From IMG/VR virus record IMGVR_UViG_3300011008_000003: DNA of 64,000 bases; one strand, 5' to 3'. The notes under the pieces were generated by a model, which saw only the letters and a list, made by a program, of their open reading frames with translations, did not search any database and was not told the origin of the DNA. The first letter of the stretch is position 1. Every line of letters begins with the position of its first letter. Positions 26,781-38,181 of this stretch are shown here, in pieces. A program made the translations under genes and the position numbers. The DNA comes from a virus. Taxonomy: Duplodnaviria > Heunggongvirae > Uroviricota > Caudoviricetes.

Positions 26781-27845
26781 TTAATCCAAAAACTTGTTTA
26801 AACGACTGACTGTCGACTTTATTTTAGTAAACGATTCTTCGTTTAGTGTTTCACGTTCAGTTTTTCGGCGTTCTGCATATTTCCATGGGAATGTAAACAG
26901 CCATACGAAAAATTCAGTGAATATGAAAAAACTGTAATAATATTTCGGTGAATTTTCAGTCGCAATAAGGGAAATAAGTCCCATTACAAAGAAATATATA
27001 CAGAGAACTAATACAAGATCAAAAATATGACTGTACCATGGTCTCATGTATTTCAGCATTACATCTTTTTGTAGATAATAATGCTTATAGACGGTTTCAT
27101 ATCTATATTCGCTAAGATGATACTTTTCATATGCAATCGATTTCAAAGCATCCTGATCATCGCTACAATCGCAGAAAGGTTTTGTACTTTCCAGTTTTTC
27201 ATAGTCACGTGTTTCAAACTTTATGCCGATAAGATTTAAAATACAGAAAATTATCGATACGACGATAATAATCTCTGAAATTAAATACCGACCAATTGAT
27301 TTTTCCTTGGTTGCCATTTTTTACTCCTAATTTTTCAAAAATTTATTATACTGTTTGATTGTCGATTCCGTATTTTCAGTCTTGACTTTCTTCGGTTCAG
27401 TCGCCTTAAGAATTACATTATCGATAGAGTCAATAATAAAATTGACAAACAACACGACACATGTAATCGCGATACAGATCCATCCGCCGATGGAAACAAG
27501 ATAAAACAGCCACATATGAAATGTGAACAGACGTCTTTTCTCATGATGCTTCTGATATTTATAATTTGCTCGTCCAGCCGCCAATCCGAATATTGAAGAT
27601 ATGATTGCCGAAACAAGCATAGCTTTATAAATCCACGGGAAATTGATTGTAAGATATGAAAGACAATCTATTGGAGTAGCAAAGATTGAACCGAGAGAAA
27701 TGAAATATAATATAATCATTCCGACAATAGAAAAGATCATACATACCATCGGCCATATTTGCGAATACGATGAACATAGACATTCTTCGTCGGCCCAGTT
27801 ACCAGAAGTTAAATGTTCAGAAGCATCTTTAAAGAATTCAATCAT
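26781..27845 (-). CDS. Two multi-pass membrane proteins (26781-27317, 27327-27845)
   Basis: About 3 TM segments each; C-terminal NKFL motif. Confidence 0.65.
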
Positions 27846-28309
27846 GGCTGTTCTCCGTTTGCAAACTTTTCAAGAAGTTCCAATGCCTTATCGTCTTCAA
27901 TAAAGAAAGGATCCTTACGGCCATTAAATTCCCATAAATTGTACATAAGCTGGCCAAAACGCATATCCGGGAACTGCGTCATGTGAATAGCACGAAGCTT
28001 GTCATAAAATTCATAGAGACGATTTGGATTTCTCATGTTGTTTCCTTATGGTTTGCTTTGATTTGTTCTTTAAGCTTGTTAATGACGATAATCATATTGT
28101 CGGAATTGACTGGAGCTTTAAGCTTTATTAAAATTTCTTCAGCTAATTCGGTAATATAAGCGTCGTCTGCTCCCTCAGCTTTAGATACAAGACTGGACCA
28201 AACTTGAGCTAAGTCATTCAATCCTTTTGTATTATATTCTGCGGGTATTTTAATCATTACATTCACAATATAGAAAAAATGGTCGCTTTTGTAAGCGGCC
28301 ATTCATCAA

Positions 28310-28846
28310 TTATTTACCATAGTCAATAATTTTTGCATTATTGTCAGGAGTCAGTCCCCATTGATTTGGGCGTAATATTTCTTTACGATTTAATCCAGAT
28401 TTTCTAAAAAATTCATTTGCATTTGTAATCAAATCTTTTGTATGTTGTTTGCATTTTTTTGGAATTATAAGTTTTTTATTATCAACTATTAAAAATGCTT
28501 TAAAATAGCTAAATGAAATCCAATAAATCTTTGCAAAAGCTTCAGCAGTTAAGGGGGTTAAATATTCAGCACTAATACAATAACCGTTATTAAATATATC
28601 AAGTGTTACATTTATTACTGGATAAGTTTTAAATTCTTGATATTTTGTATATTCTTTACAATTCTGTTGAAACCCAAAATCATTTTTTGCGACTTTTAAA
28701 ACCAATTCATCATTAATTTTAAAAACTATTCTACCAGAACCTTCACCGGATATATTATAACCTAATTTTAAGATTTCAGTTTTAACAGTTTCATAATCAT
28801 TAAAATCTTTATAACCGTTGATTATTTCTAATAATTTTTCATCCAT
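28310..28846 (-). CDS. Minimal protein-kinase-like protein, very AT-rich gene
   Basis: GEGSGRIVF Gly-loop, VLKVAK, N.W, IIDYG. Confidence 0.65.
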   Translation of the reverse strand: MDEKLLEIINGYKDFNDYETVKTEILKLGYNISGEGSGRIVFKINDELVLKVAKNDFGFQQNCKEYTKYQEFKTYPVINVTLDIFNNGYCISAEYLTPLTAEAFAKIYWISFSYFKAFLIVDNKKLIIPKKCKQHTKDLITNANEFFRKSGLNRKEILRPNQWGLTPDNNAKIIDYGK

Positions 28847-28891
28847 AAAATATTTATGGAAATAGCTGCTTATAAAAGCAGCTACTTTAAA

Positions 28892-29943
28892 TTACTTGTC
28901 CAATAGCGAATCAAGTTCTTTATGAATGTCAGGCTTGGGTTTTTGCTCGGGTCGACGTCTATCAAGTATATCTGTAAATTTCTTGAACCATGTCGGACCG
29001 TTCTTACATATGGAACACAGAATGTCAAGTACAAGAATCGGTGAATATACGGCAAAAGAAAAACCGCAGAAACAACATACAAACGATGTAAATCCGAAAA
29101 TTCTACATGAGATATAGTCGTCTCGCAGCCAGGCAGAATAAGTTCTCCACATGCAGATGTCGCCGATAGCGGCCGATATTGCGAACCAATACCAATATGC
29201 CGAGAATATGCTATGGATTAACATAGCCCCGGCATTATGCGGTCTATCTGGATGGGAAGATACACCGTCTGTTACCGCAGAACATACGATGAAGAATACG
29301 ATTTGGAATATGATTGCGGCCATAGCAAAGCCGACATTATAATCGTCTCTGAAGAACTGGTCGATTTCTTTTTTAGGCATGAATAACATAGTATTGTTTC
29401 CTTTGGTTATTAGTAATATCTCTTTTTGTTTTTCAACAAATCGTCATAGCACTTGATAGTGCTCTTGCTGGACGGTTTATTTTTCGGCTTTGGATCAGTG
29501 TTGACCCATTTGATAAACTTACGAAAGATTGCCAGAATGATAGTATAAAGTCCAAAACACATATCAAGAAAAAGAATCGGAATATATACGACAAATAAAA
29601 CACCGAGAGTGCTAAATATAGCGCTTAACAGACCGTAGAACCTAACGGCGTCATAATTTCGTTTATCATGACCATTACCTGCTTTATACATACAAATATC
29701 GCCGATTATAAACGACGCCAAGAAATAAGGCCAATACTGTGCGAAATATACCGTGTATGTATAAAGCCACGGAATATTAGACGGTTTACCGTGCAGATAG
29801 TCCATATAAAACATAAGACTTAATGCGCCGGTTACGAATTGAAAGGCAATTATTCCGAGAACATAATTGCTATGCTTATGATAATCGTAAAATTCGTCAA
29901 TCCATTGTCTTGAAAGAATCATATTGTCTCCTTGGTTTATCAT
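28892..29943 (-). CDS. Two paralogous membrane proteins (28892-29389, 29410-29943)
   Basis: Shared YW..F....IGDICM and VY.PIL.LD. Confidence 0.7.
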
Positions 29944-30000
29944 AATATAGCAAAAAAGACCGCTTTTGTAAGCGGCCTTTTTGAAAGGTAAATGTTGTAT

Positions 30001-31275
30001 TTAGACAACAGTCATGCTACCTTTCCATTGGTCAAGCGGAATATAATCGAATACCTGCTTAACGTAGTCAACATAAGTAGGAGATTCGCACATATTCTTT
30101 TCAGGACAATCGCTCAACTTAACGACATCCTTGCCATTGACCTTGACAACCTTCATAACCATGGACAACGGCTTAATACCAGCAGTAGCAGTTACAAGAT
30201 TTGCCATGAAATAAGTACCGATACCGAAGCTAATCTTGATACGGCCGTTGAAATGCTGAGCAATCTTAATTGCCTTATCAACGTCGAGAGAATCAGACCA
30301 GCAACCAGTCTTGGTAGTCGGGTCAATACCGAGTGCCTTATAATGGGCAATCAGCATTTCGCCCCAGACAAACGGGTCACCGCTATCGTGACGGCATCCG
30401 TCGAACAGCTTCGCATAGAACTTATCGAAGTCGCGAAGGAACGGGATAAAGCCGAAATTGTCAGACAACGCGATACCAAGATCGCCACGATATTCCTGTG
30501 TCCATGCGTCGAACACTGCCTTCTGAGACTGGCGAATAGGAACGTCGTCAAGTCCCTGGAACAAAGCATACATTTCGTGTGCAAACGTTCCAATTGCCTT
30601 TACGCCATATTTAATAGCGAAATAAAGGTTAGACGTTCCGACAAAGCACTTGCAATGCTTGGCCATGTAACCAACTGCATAGTCTTGCCATGCAAAGGAA
30701 TGACGACGGCGTGCACCAAAGTCAGCGAAACCGAACTTCAAACCAGAATCGATAGCAGCGTTAAACTTATCAACTGCATCTTTAAGATTTTGCTTTGCCT
30801 TGTCAAAATCAAATTCAAACTGGCGGAGATAAAGTTCCTGGATAATTTCCATCACATAGATTTCAAACCATGTGACTTTGAGCTGTGGACCTTCTGCTTC
30901 GATTTCAAGATCGTCACCACGGCGAGTAATCTTGATGTACTTTCTCTTAAGACGGAAATCTTCAAGCCAATCAACGTAATCCGGCTTAATATAATAAATC
31001 TTGGAAAGAGCATTAAGCTCAAAAGGCTGCCAGCGAAGTGTACAAAGATGGTCGACTTCACGATTTACTGCATCGACAAGATAACCAAGATGAACGTCTT
31101 TAGAACGAAGCTTCCATTTCCACTTAGCCCATTCATTCGGTCGCTTATGAAGCAAACATTGTGTCATACTGACCTTGTAAATGTCAGTGTCACTCAAGTA
31201 ATTGATAATATACTTATCTTCATCGAGTGGTTTATAGTTCTTGATTTCTTCAATTTCTTTTTGAGAAAGTTCCAT
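30001..31275 (-). CDS. pncB: Nicotinate phosphoribosyltransferase
   Basis: DTDIYK, DFGARRRHS, GTSN, GTFAHE, RHDSGDP, SFGIGT, KLSD. Confidence 0.93.
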   Translation of the reverse strand: MELSQKEIEEIKNYKPLDEDKYIINYLSDTDIYKVSMTQCLLHKRPNEWAKWKWKLRSKDVHLGYLVDAVNREVDHLCTLRWQPFELNALSKIYYIKPDYVDWLEDFRLKRKYIKITRRGDDLEIEAEGPQLKVTWFEIYVMEIIQELYLRQFEFDFDKAKQNLKDAVDKFNAAIDSGLKFGFADFGARRRHSFAWQDYAVGYMAKHCKCFVGTSNLYFAIKYGVKAIGTFAHEMYALFQGLDDVPIRQSQKAVFDAWTQEYRGDLGIALSDNFGFIPFLRDFDKFYAKLFDGCRHDSGDPFVWGEMLIAHYKALGIDPTTKTGCWSDSLDVDKAIKIAQHFNGRIKISFGIGTYFMANLVTATAGIKPLSMVMKVVKVNGKDVVKLSDCPEKNMCESPTYVDYVKQVFDYIPLDQWKGSMTVV

Positions 31276-31292
31276 ATTTAATCCTTTGGTTA

Positions 31293-31661
31293 TTAGTTAA
31301 AAGACGGTTGAAGCTTCTTAACGTAGAAGTCAATATCGCGTTCATTTTCAGGTTCGTTTTCTACACATTGCTGGTAGAACTTTTCGTCATAATATCTGGA
31401 CTTTTCTTTGAAAATGAGCTCGTAAAGTTCATTCATCATCTTATAGCGATGCATGGCACGAGTATCACCTGGCTTTTTAGCATGGGCGATAATGTACTTG
31501 AACTCACGCTTGAGCTTCTTCTTGTTCGCTGCCTTGATATAGGTCGCACACTGGTCATATTGACCGCAAGCAAGCAGTCGACCAATATCCATAGTTAGCT
31601 TACGATCCGGTACGAAGAAATTGTAAATTGCGTCAAAAATAGCGCCAAATAATTCATCCAT
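31293..31661 (-). CDS. Hypothetical protein
   Basis: AGGAG RBS, between pncA and pncB. Confidence 0.65.
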   Translation of the reverse strand: MDELFGAIFDAIYNFFVPDRKLTMDIGRLLACGQYDQCATYIKAANKKKLKREFKYIIAHAKKPGDTRAMHRYKMMNELYELIFKEKSRYYDEKFYQQCVENEPENERDIDFYVKKLQPSFN

Positions 31662-31678
31662 GGCATATTCTCCTAGTA

Positions 31679-32278
31679 TTATTCGTTAATGACGTCGATT
31701 TGCTGACGCTTGAGGCAGAAGATAGCAGCCTTCTGACCTTCTTCGTCCATGTCCGCGATACAGCTTGCGTCGACGGTAATCTTCATGTTCGGGAAAGCAG
31801 CACGAAGAATAACGGCATTTGCAAGAACACAGATTGTACTTACGAAGCCCCAGATTTCGATTTCGTTGAATTCGATATTCAAGGACTTGATATATTCCGG
31901 AAGGTCAATCTTACCGAAAGTATACTTGTCGACAGAGAAGAAGAGATGCTTGCCGTCTTCGTTCTTCTTCTGAAGTTCAGCAAGAATATCCTTCTGGATT
32001 TCGTAACCTTCAGTCAACTTGATGCAATGCGGAGTCGGAAGCTTCTGACCTTCCAAAGTTTCTTCGTACGGCTTGCCTTCCATCGGAGGCCAGTTAGACT
32101 GACACTGAAGCTTGTTGAAATGAGTATCATGCGTAGCGATGATAGCGCCATCCCAGTGACGAATCTTGTTGACAATGTTTGGAACCTTTGCCTTCGCAAA
32201 GTCATTCTTGAGCGTACCAGTAATAAAGTCGTTCTGTGCGTCGACCAGAAGACCTAGCTTGTCTACTTTGATTTTCAT
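31679..32278 (-). CDS. pncA: Nicotinamidase / isochorismatase-family hydrolase
   Basis: VDAQNDF, THDTH, PHC, DKYTFG, ICVLAN; linked to pncB. Confidence 0.88.
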   Translation of the reverse strand: MKIKVDKLGLLVDAQNDFITGTLKNDFAKAKVPNIVNKIRHWDGAIIATHDTHFNKLQCQSNWPPMEGKPYEETLEGQKLPTPHCIKLTEGYEIQKDILAELQKKNEDGKHLFFSVDKYTFGKIDLPEYIKSLNIEFNEIEIWGFVSTICVLANAVILRAAFPNMKITVDASCIADMDEEGQKAAIFCLKRQQIDVINE

Positions 32279-32684
32279 AAGTTATTCCTTTATGATATTG
32301 TGTATTTGTTCAATAAAATCCTCTTCAGAAATATCGTTCCATGTTGTAACGTCTACGAAATGCCAAGGACGGGTATGGTCGTCTTCCATAGACCATTGTG
32401 AGCCCTTTTTAACCGGTATTTTATATGGAACAACAGCCACGTAAGCAAAACGCCCGTGGTATTCAAAGATATAGCATGAATGTAACCCAGGAATAGCAGG
32501 ATGCTTATTATTCTCAGGTTCGACAAAAGATTTCCAGAAAGATTTAAATTTTAACTTAGCTGGAAGGTCTAAATGTTTACGAAGATACCTTTCAGCTTCG
32601 ATGAAATTAGGAAAATTTGTTTTCATGCGGTAAAATATAGCAAAGTATACGTGTTTTGTAAACGCTAAACTTTATAAATAATTC

Positions 32685-33041
32685 ATGAGATACGATTTCG
32701 CACATCCAAAATTTAAGAACGGCATGGTTACATTCGCCGAAAAGAAACCAGATTTACTTTATGAATTCCGACAGGCAGCAATGAGACGTCATTATGTGCT
32801 ACGACCGGACATGGTTTTGTATACCCCAGATCATGAACGCCTTGCCAAGGTAGAGAATTATTTTGATATACTTGTCGTAACCAAGTTCAATGATATTGGT
32901 TCAACTAAATTACGTTCTAAACAGGATATTGACCGATTCTTTAGAGAAATGGATGAATGTTGTGACGTTAAAAATATTCATCAGATGGATCTTAATGAAG
33001 CGAAAACAATTCTAAAGGAAAACGGATATATTATTGAATAA
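32685..33041 (+). CDS. Hypothetical protein; only credible plus-strand gene
   Basis: TATAAATA 4 nt before ATG; ends at bidirectional terminator 33046-33068. Confidence 0.7.
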   Translation: MRYDFAHPKFKNGMVTFAEKKPDLLYEFRQAAMRRHYVLRPDMVLYTPDHERLAKVENYFDILVVTKFNDIGSTKLRSKQDIDRFFREMDECCDVKNIHQMDLNEAKTILKENGYIIE

Positions 33042-33045
33042 AAAT

Positions 33046-33068
33046 AAGGATTGGTTTTACCAATCCTT
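33046..33068. terminator. Bidirectional intrinsic terminator
   Basis: AAGGATTGGT/ACCAATCCTT between convergent genes. Confidence 0.75.
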
Positions 33069-33073
33069 TTTCT

Positions 33074-33307
33074 TTACTTCTTGACCTTTACTGTCATTCC
33101 GTCAGCTTTAATATCTAATAATCTCCGCGTATCATAGAAATATACCCTAACATACTTCTTGCCGGTGAAGTCATGTATATATTCCCACTTCTTCGCGTCT
33201 TGAATTATTTGTTCATAACAAAAATTCGGATTACAGATTTCAAGGACTAACGGCTTGGCAAAGCCGAAAGAAACTAACATCAATAAACAAAATATAATTT
33301 TCTTCAT
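33074..33307 (-). CDS. Small secreted protein
   Basis: Signal-peptide-like MKKIIFCLLMLVSFGFA. Confidence 0.6.
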   Translation of the reverse strand: MKKIIFCLLMLVSFGFAKPLVLEICNPNFCYEQIIQDAKKWEYIHDFTGKKYVRVYFYDTRRLLDIKADGMTVKVKK

Positions 33308-33314
33308 AATTTAT

Positions 33315-33839
33315 TTATTTTACCCGCGATAGAACTTTTTGCACAATTTTATCGTCATGGATATTTAACTTGCCCAACAGTTCACGAGCAGTAGCTTCTG
33401 TTTTTTCCGGAGTATGAGCATGGCTGTAATGACCGATGAATCCGTGAATAAGCCCGAATACAATCAGACCCTTTGCGTCGTGTAAATCTTCTTGAGACAA
33501 TCCTTTAGGAAGAAGGACACGGCTGAACGGCATGTAAATCGTAACAGGATCGGCGTCATTATAGTCATACGATATAGAAAATACCGCACTGTCAAGATTT
33601 TCTTCTGTATAGGCAGAAATATTAGGATCTTTTAGAACTTCGTCCTTTGTACAGAAGCCAAACTGTAAAAGTTTGAATCCCAAATCGGTAAGGGTCTTAT
33701 TGACGCCTCTACCGACATCGAAATATGCGTTTTCGAGTTCGTCAAGTGACCATTCCTTTACTTGCGGCCAGTTTGCTTCGAAAAGGCACTGCCTAAAACA
33801 TTCGAGCATTTCTTCACGTTTTTCTTCAATCATCGCCAT
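33315..33839 (-). CDS. Hypothetical protein
   Basis: ORF in run. Confidence 0.6.
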   Translation of the reverse strand: MAMIEEKREEMLECFRQCLFEANWPQVKEWSLDELENAYFDVGRGVNKTLTDLGFKLLQFGFCTKDEVLKDPNISAYTEENLDSAVFSISYDYNDADPVTIYMPFSRVLLPKGLSQEDLHDAKGLIVFGLIHGFIGHYSHAHTPEKTEATARELLGKLNIHDDKIVQKVLSRVK

Positions 33840-33841
33840 AA

Positions 33842-35161
33842 CTACCTCAGAGTTAAAAATTTCTTATAACATCTAAATGCACTCAGAATATCGTCGACAT
33901 GTGTAAGTTCCATCGGCGAATGCATGTTCAGAACCGGAACACCAGCATCGATAACGTTCATGTTGAATCGACAATAGATACTGGCGATAGTTCCACCACC
34001 ACCCATATCAACCTTACCCATTTCATCGAATTGATAAAGTTCATTTTTGAATAAGTTACGAAGCTTTGCGATATATTCAGGCATTGCGTCGTTAGAACCG
34101 GACTTACCATGAGAGCCATTATATTTACTGAGCATCATGCCGTAACCGAGCTTGGCAGAAGTATGTTTGGAATAAGCGTCGGCATAAAGTGGGTCAAAAG
34201 CTGCCGTAACGTCAGAAGACAACATATTAGATTTAGACATGACGTCAAAGAAATCCATGTCGATTGTATTTCGGTCTTCACGCTGACTATACATCTTCTT
34301 GAGACAAGTTTCAAACCAAACAGATTCTGCACCGGTAGCACTATAAGAACCGATTTCTTCTTTATCGACAAGAACCGTACATGCAGTATTGTCAGGAATA
34401 TCTGTTGTTTCCAAAATAGCTTTAAGGGAAGTAAAAGCACAAACTCGGTCGTCTTGTCCATAACCAGCGACTAAAGACATGTCTAAACCGCAATATGAAG
34501 CTTTTCCTGCCGGAACAAGTTCGAATTCAGAAGAATAGAAATCATCTTCATCAATATCATACTTGTTTTTTAAAATTGACAGAAGTTTTTCCTTAACAGC
34601 ACATTTTTCTTTGTCAAAAACTTCTTTATCACACTTGCTAGCGACAGCTGCGATAACGTCCATGTTTTCACCATTGACAAAATCTTCAGCCTTCTTGCTT
34701 GACATACGCTTATAATCAAGGTGCGGAAGCAAGTCAGTAATACAGAAAACCGGATCTCCTGGATTATCACCGATATTAACATTGATTGTTGTTCCGTTCG
34801 GTTTACAAACAACGCCGTGAAGTGCGAGCGGTAAAGTAACCCATTGATACTTTTTGATTCCGCCATAATAATGAGTATCAAAATATGCGACATCATCTTT
34901 ATCAGTAAGAGCGGCTTGCTTTATGTCGATACGGGGAGAGTCAATATGTGCACCGAGAATATTATATTCTGGATTTTTACCAACAATAAATGCGGCAAAA
35001 TTCTTACGTCTGTTTATGAAATAAACCTTATCTCCAGGTTTATATTTTCTGTTAGCTTCAAAAGATTTAAATCCTGCAGCAACAGCTTTTCGTTCAGCAA
35101 AATCTACCCATTCGCGTTCAGTCTTATTTTGAGAAAGGGCTTCAATGTATTCATTAGTCAT
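33842..35161 (-). CDS. M18-family aminopeptidase
   Basis: GAHIDSPR, YYGGIKKYQW, GQDDR, DKEEIGS, GGGTI, MHSP.E. Confidence 0.92.
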   Translation of the reverse strand: MTNEYIEALSQNKTEREWVDFAERKAVAAGFKSFEANRKYKPGDKVYFINRRKNFAAFIVGKNPEYNILGAHIDSPRIDIKQAALTDKDDVAYFDTHYYGGIKKYQWVTLPLALHGVVCKPNGTTINVNIGDNPGDPVFCITDLLPHLDYKRMSSKKAEDFVNGENMDVIAAVASKCDKEVFDKEKCAVKEKLLSILKNKYDIDEDDFYSSEFELVPAGKASYCGLDMSLVAGYGQDDRVCAFTSLKAILETTDIPDNTACTVLVDKEEIGSYSATGAESVWFETCLKKMYSQREDRNTIDMDFFDVMSKSNMLSSDVTAAFDPLYADAYSKHTSAKLGYGMMLSKYNGSHGKSGSNDAMPEYIAKLRNLFKNELYQFDEMGKVDMGGGGTIASIYCRFNMNVIDAGVPVLNMHSPMELTHVDDILSAFRCYKKFLTLR

Positions 35162-35554
35162 TTGTTGGTTCCTTCATTATAAAATTACCGTTAACGTCCA
35201 ATTTGTAACGGTATACTCTCTTTTCCGCATCCCATACTTCAAGATAAGTGATTCCATTATCTTTGTACTTTTCTTCTTTTTCTTTCTTCTTAGTCATGGA
35301 TTTCCTTTATATCAAATGTACGGAAGTCAGTATTGAATTCGTTTATGCAGTCATGTTTCGTACAGAAAGTCAAACCGCATTCGTTTCGAAGTTGGTCTTC
35401 AAACAATACAGCATCTTCTGTAGATTGATCTTCATCCGAATTATACCATTCCACGATAATCTTAGAAGCCTTATTAAGCTGTTCAATAAGGGCATATGCG
35501 TCAAAAGCTTCATGTATAGATTCATTATCAAGCTTATAGTAGCCATTGATAATA

Positions 35555-35980
35555 TTAAACTTTACTCTCATTATTTTCCTCAATAATAACTTTCATAGGC
35601 TTTCCAGAAGCCTTAATACGGTCAATATTGCACTTTACACCGTAGCTTACGCCGTTCCAGAACGCGATCGCACCGTCACATGCCTCGCACATGGCCTTAT
35701 CCTTGACCTGATAGAATTCTTCACCTTCTTTACCCTGAGACTGTTCCCATAAGGAAACAAAATTCGGATATACGCTACGACGTGGAGTTTCGGTAGAAGT
35801 ATAAACAGTCACCCGGTCAAAATTATGTGCCTTCAGATATTTCTGTGCAAGGAAGTCGACACCATAACAGTCACCGACGATAACTTGAACATCCTGCTTC
35901 ATGAGTTCGTCAAGGCAGTCTGTCATTTCCTTATTCAGATGTTTGATTTTAGAACTACCGGAAATAAAAACAGTTTTCAT
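35555..35980 (-). CDS. SLOG-superfamily-like protein
   Basis: VFISGS, VIVGDCYGVD, KDKAM...D..IAFWNG.S.G. Confidence 0.6.
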   Translation of the reverse strand: MKTVFISGSSKIKHLNKEMTDCLDELMKQDVQVIVGDCYGVDFLAQKYLKAHNFDRVTVYTSTETPRRSVYPNFVSLWEQSQGKEGEEFYQVKDKAMCEACDGAIAFWNGVSYGVKCNIDRIKASGKPMKVIIEENNESKV

Positions 35981-36911
35981 GATTCGCTCTCCTCGAATTT
36001 AAATTCAGGAACTACGCCGTCTTCTTTGGCATATTCCATGATTTGTTTAAATGCCTTATTGAATTCTTCCATTTCTTTATATTCCTGCCGGACAGTACCA
36101 AGCTGGATAACGTAATGGTCGGCATAGACTTCTATATAGTTGACATTATCGAAACGGACCGTCCAAGCCCATGCACGGTTTTCATCGCCGAGGTCAGACA
36201 TGCCGATTACCTTATAGGGCAAGCCAGCCCATTCAATCATGTCGACGATATAGCTTACATCGTAATCATAATACGGAGTCATACTAACTTCCTTGAACAT
36301 TTTGGACAGAATTCAATCTTATCTGAGAAAGAATGAAGATAAACATCATCATCTGAATAATTAGACGCTATGACATCCATAATACATGAATATATACGCC
36401 AACCATGTTCATTGTCATAATGCAATACCATTTTGGTAGTAGTCGAATTATTAATCAGGTTCTTCGGGTTTTTCTTGGTACAGTACGGACATACCTTCCC
36501 GATATTTCCGGCTTTCGGATGAATTTTCACGACATCATGAGCCAACGGATATTTATCTTCTTTCTTTTCAATCATGACTTTATTACCCTATTTAAAATTA
36601 GAACTGCTTTAATAAACTGGAATGCGGCATCGGTTGACTTCGTAACGCCGACAGTCGCGCCTTCGCCTTCATTGTCGTTCTGGATCCAGATATTTAATCC
36701 ATTATACTCTTCGAAATCGAATGAAACTATAAGCGTTACATCTTTAACCGTAACATAGAGATTGGTTACTTTAAAATCCGCATGTTCTTTTGTAGAATAT
36801 GCGGTAAATTCTTCCACCTTTAAACACTTAACTAAGCGCTTAGGTAGAATAGTCGCCACCATGTCGCGAAGATTATGAATAAATTGATTATATTCAGAAA
36901 CGAATGCCATA

Positions 36912-37160
36912 TTAACCGACCTTTTCAAAGCGATATTTCTGTTTTACTTCTGGATATTTCATATGGTCAACTTCAGCTAAAAACATGTCGGCTGGACGGG
37001 CATAAATTCCGTCCTTATGGTTTGTTCTGCCTTCGTTACCGGAACATTCATAAACAACGAGAAGCTCGTCAGTCTCTGAATGATTGGCGAGCGTAATGAC
37101 TTTGGCGGTCGTTCCCTTGAAATGACGCCAAATACTTCCTGGAGTAATTTCTCTATCCAT
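36912..37160 (-). CDS. DUF1653-family protein
   Basis: WRHFKG, A.HSET.E.LVVY, YARP..MF..EVD..KYP...QKYRF. Confidence 0.85.
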   Translation of the reverse strand: MDREITPGSIWRHFKGTTAKVITLANHSETDELLVVYECSGNEGRTNHKDGIYARPADMFLAEVDHMKYPEVKQKYRFEKVG

Positions 37161-37365
37161 TAAAAGTTATTCCTTATGAGCATGTCCAATTCCTGCATGG
37201 AATCGACGTTTGTAACCTTCGTTCCAAGATGATCGTAGAGATAATAGCTTGGCTTGTTCATCATGAGGCTGTATTCTTCGATACGAAACTTGTTACGGCC
37301 TACGTTTACGCCGACAATCTTGCCGGACTGGTTACGGATATATTCGATTTTCTTACCAAACATTA

Positions 37366-38181
37366 TTATGCTCCACACATTTTTACAAAATCTTCTTCAG
37401 AAATAAGGGTTGTTCCCTGCTTGCGAGCCTTGACAGCCTTACTGGATGTAGAATTCGGGTCTGCAAGGACTAGGAATGTCGTATCTTTCTTCATATTTTC
37501 ATGAACGATACCGCCGTTCTTTTCGACCAATTCCCAAAGTTCCTTACGAGGACGGGCAGCGGCACCAGTGAAACAGAAAGACTTGCCGTTAAGAGAACCA
37601 GCGACCGGAGCCTTCGGTACGAGAATCTGAACATACTTCAAAGTTTCACGCATGTCGTTTTCGAAAATGTCAAGTCCCTTTCTGAGTTTTCTTGATGTAA
37701 TATCGCCGACACCTTCGCAAGTGAAGTCAGAACATGCGATGAAGTCGTCAAACGTGTCCAATTTCTTTGCGTCGATAATCCTCTGGACGATTTTTTCACC
37801 AACCCCTGATATGTTATAGCCCGAGATAAACTGAGCCAATGTGGCTTGTTTATGAGCGTCTATTTGAGCCTTAATAATGTCGGCAGAACGCTTGCTGAAA
37901 CCTTCGAGACTTGCGAGCTTCTTATAGTCGATTTTGTACAAATCGGAAATAGTTGTGAAAATACCGGCATCGTAAAGAGTTTCGATAGTAGTAAGGCCAA
38001 GTTCCATAATCTGGAGCTTTTCAGTCCACTTGGAAATTCTTCCGGAAAACTTGCTCTTGCAGAAGTCGTTAGAGCAGGTAAGCTGTTTATGATTGTCAGA
38101 AATGACCAATTCGGCGCCGCAGACAGGGCAAACGGTGGGCATGTTCCAATTGTGAAGGCTAGCGAGGGTTCTTACGTCCAT
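37366..38181 (-). CDS. Stand-alone C-terminal part of NAD-dependent DNA ligase (Zn finger, HhH, BRCT)
   Basis: CPVC...C....C, HhH repeats, GKSFCFTG...KAVKARKQG..LISE; no adenylation domain; own promoter and RBS. Confidence 0.85.
   Translation of the reverse strand: MDVRTLASLHNWNMPTVCPVCGAELVISDNHKQLTCSNDFCKSKFSGRISKWTEKLQIMELGLTTIETLYDAGIFTTISDLYKIDYKKLASLEGFSKRSADIIKAQIDAHKQATLAQFISGYNISGVGEKIVQRIIDAKKLDTFDDFIACSDFTCEGVGDITSRKLRKGLDIFENDMRETLKYVQILVPKAPVAGSLNGKSFCFTGAAARPRKELWELVEKNGGIVHENMKKDTTFLVLADPNSTSSKAVKARKQGTTLISEEDFVKMCGA

Noticed and set aside
30535-30545. AATAGGAAC match inside pncB
   Set aside because: Coding sequence, with no partner helix or bulge; chance match.
22804-31281. 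Long plus-strand ORFs (e.g. 22804-24246, 29992-31281; also 20225-21313, 39092-40285, 47281-48147)
   Set aside because: Antisense shadows of codon-biased minus-strand genes with recognisable motifs; no RBS or family features.
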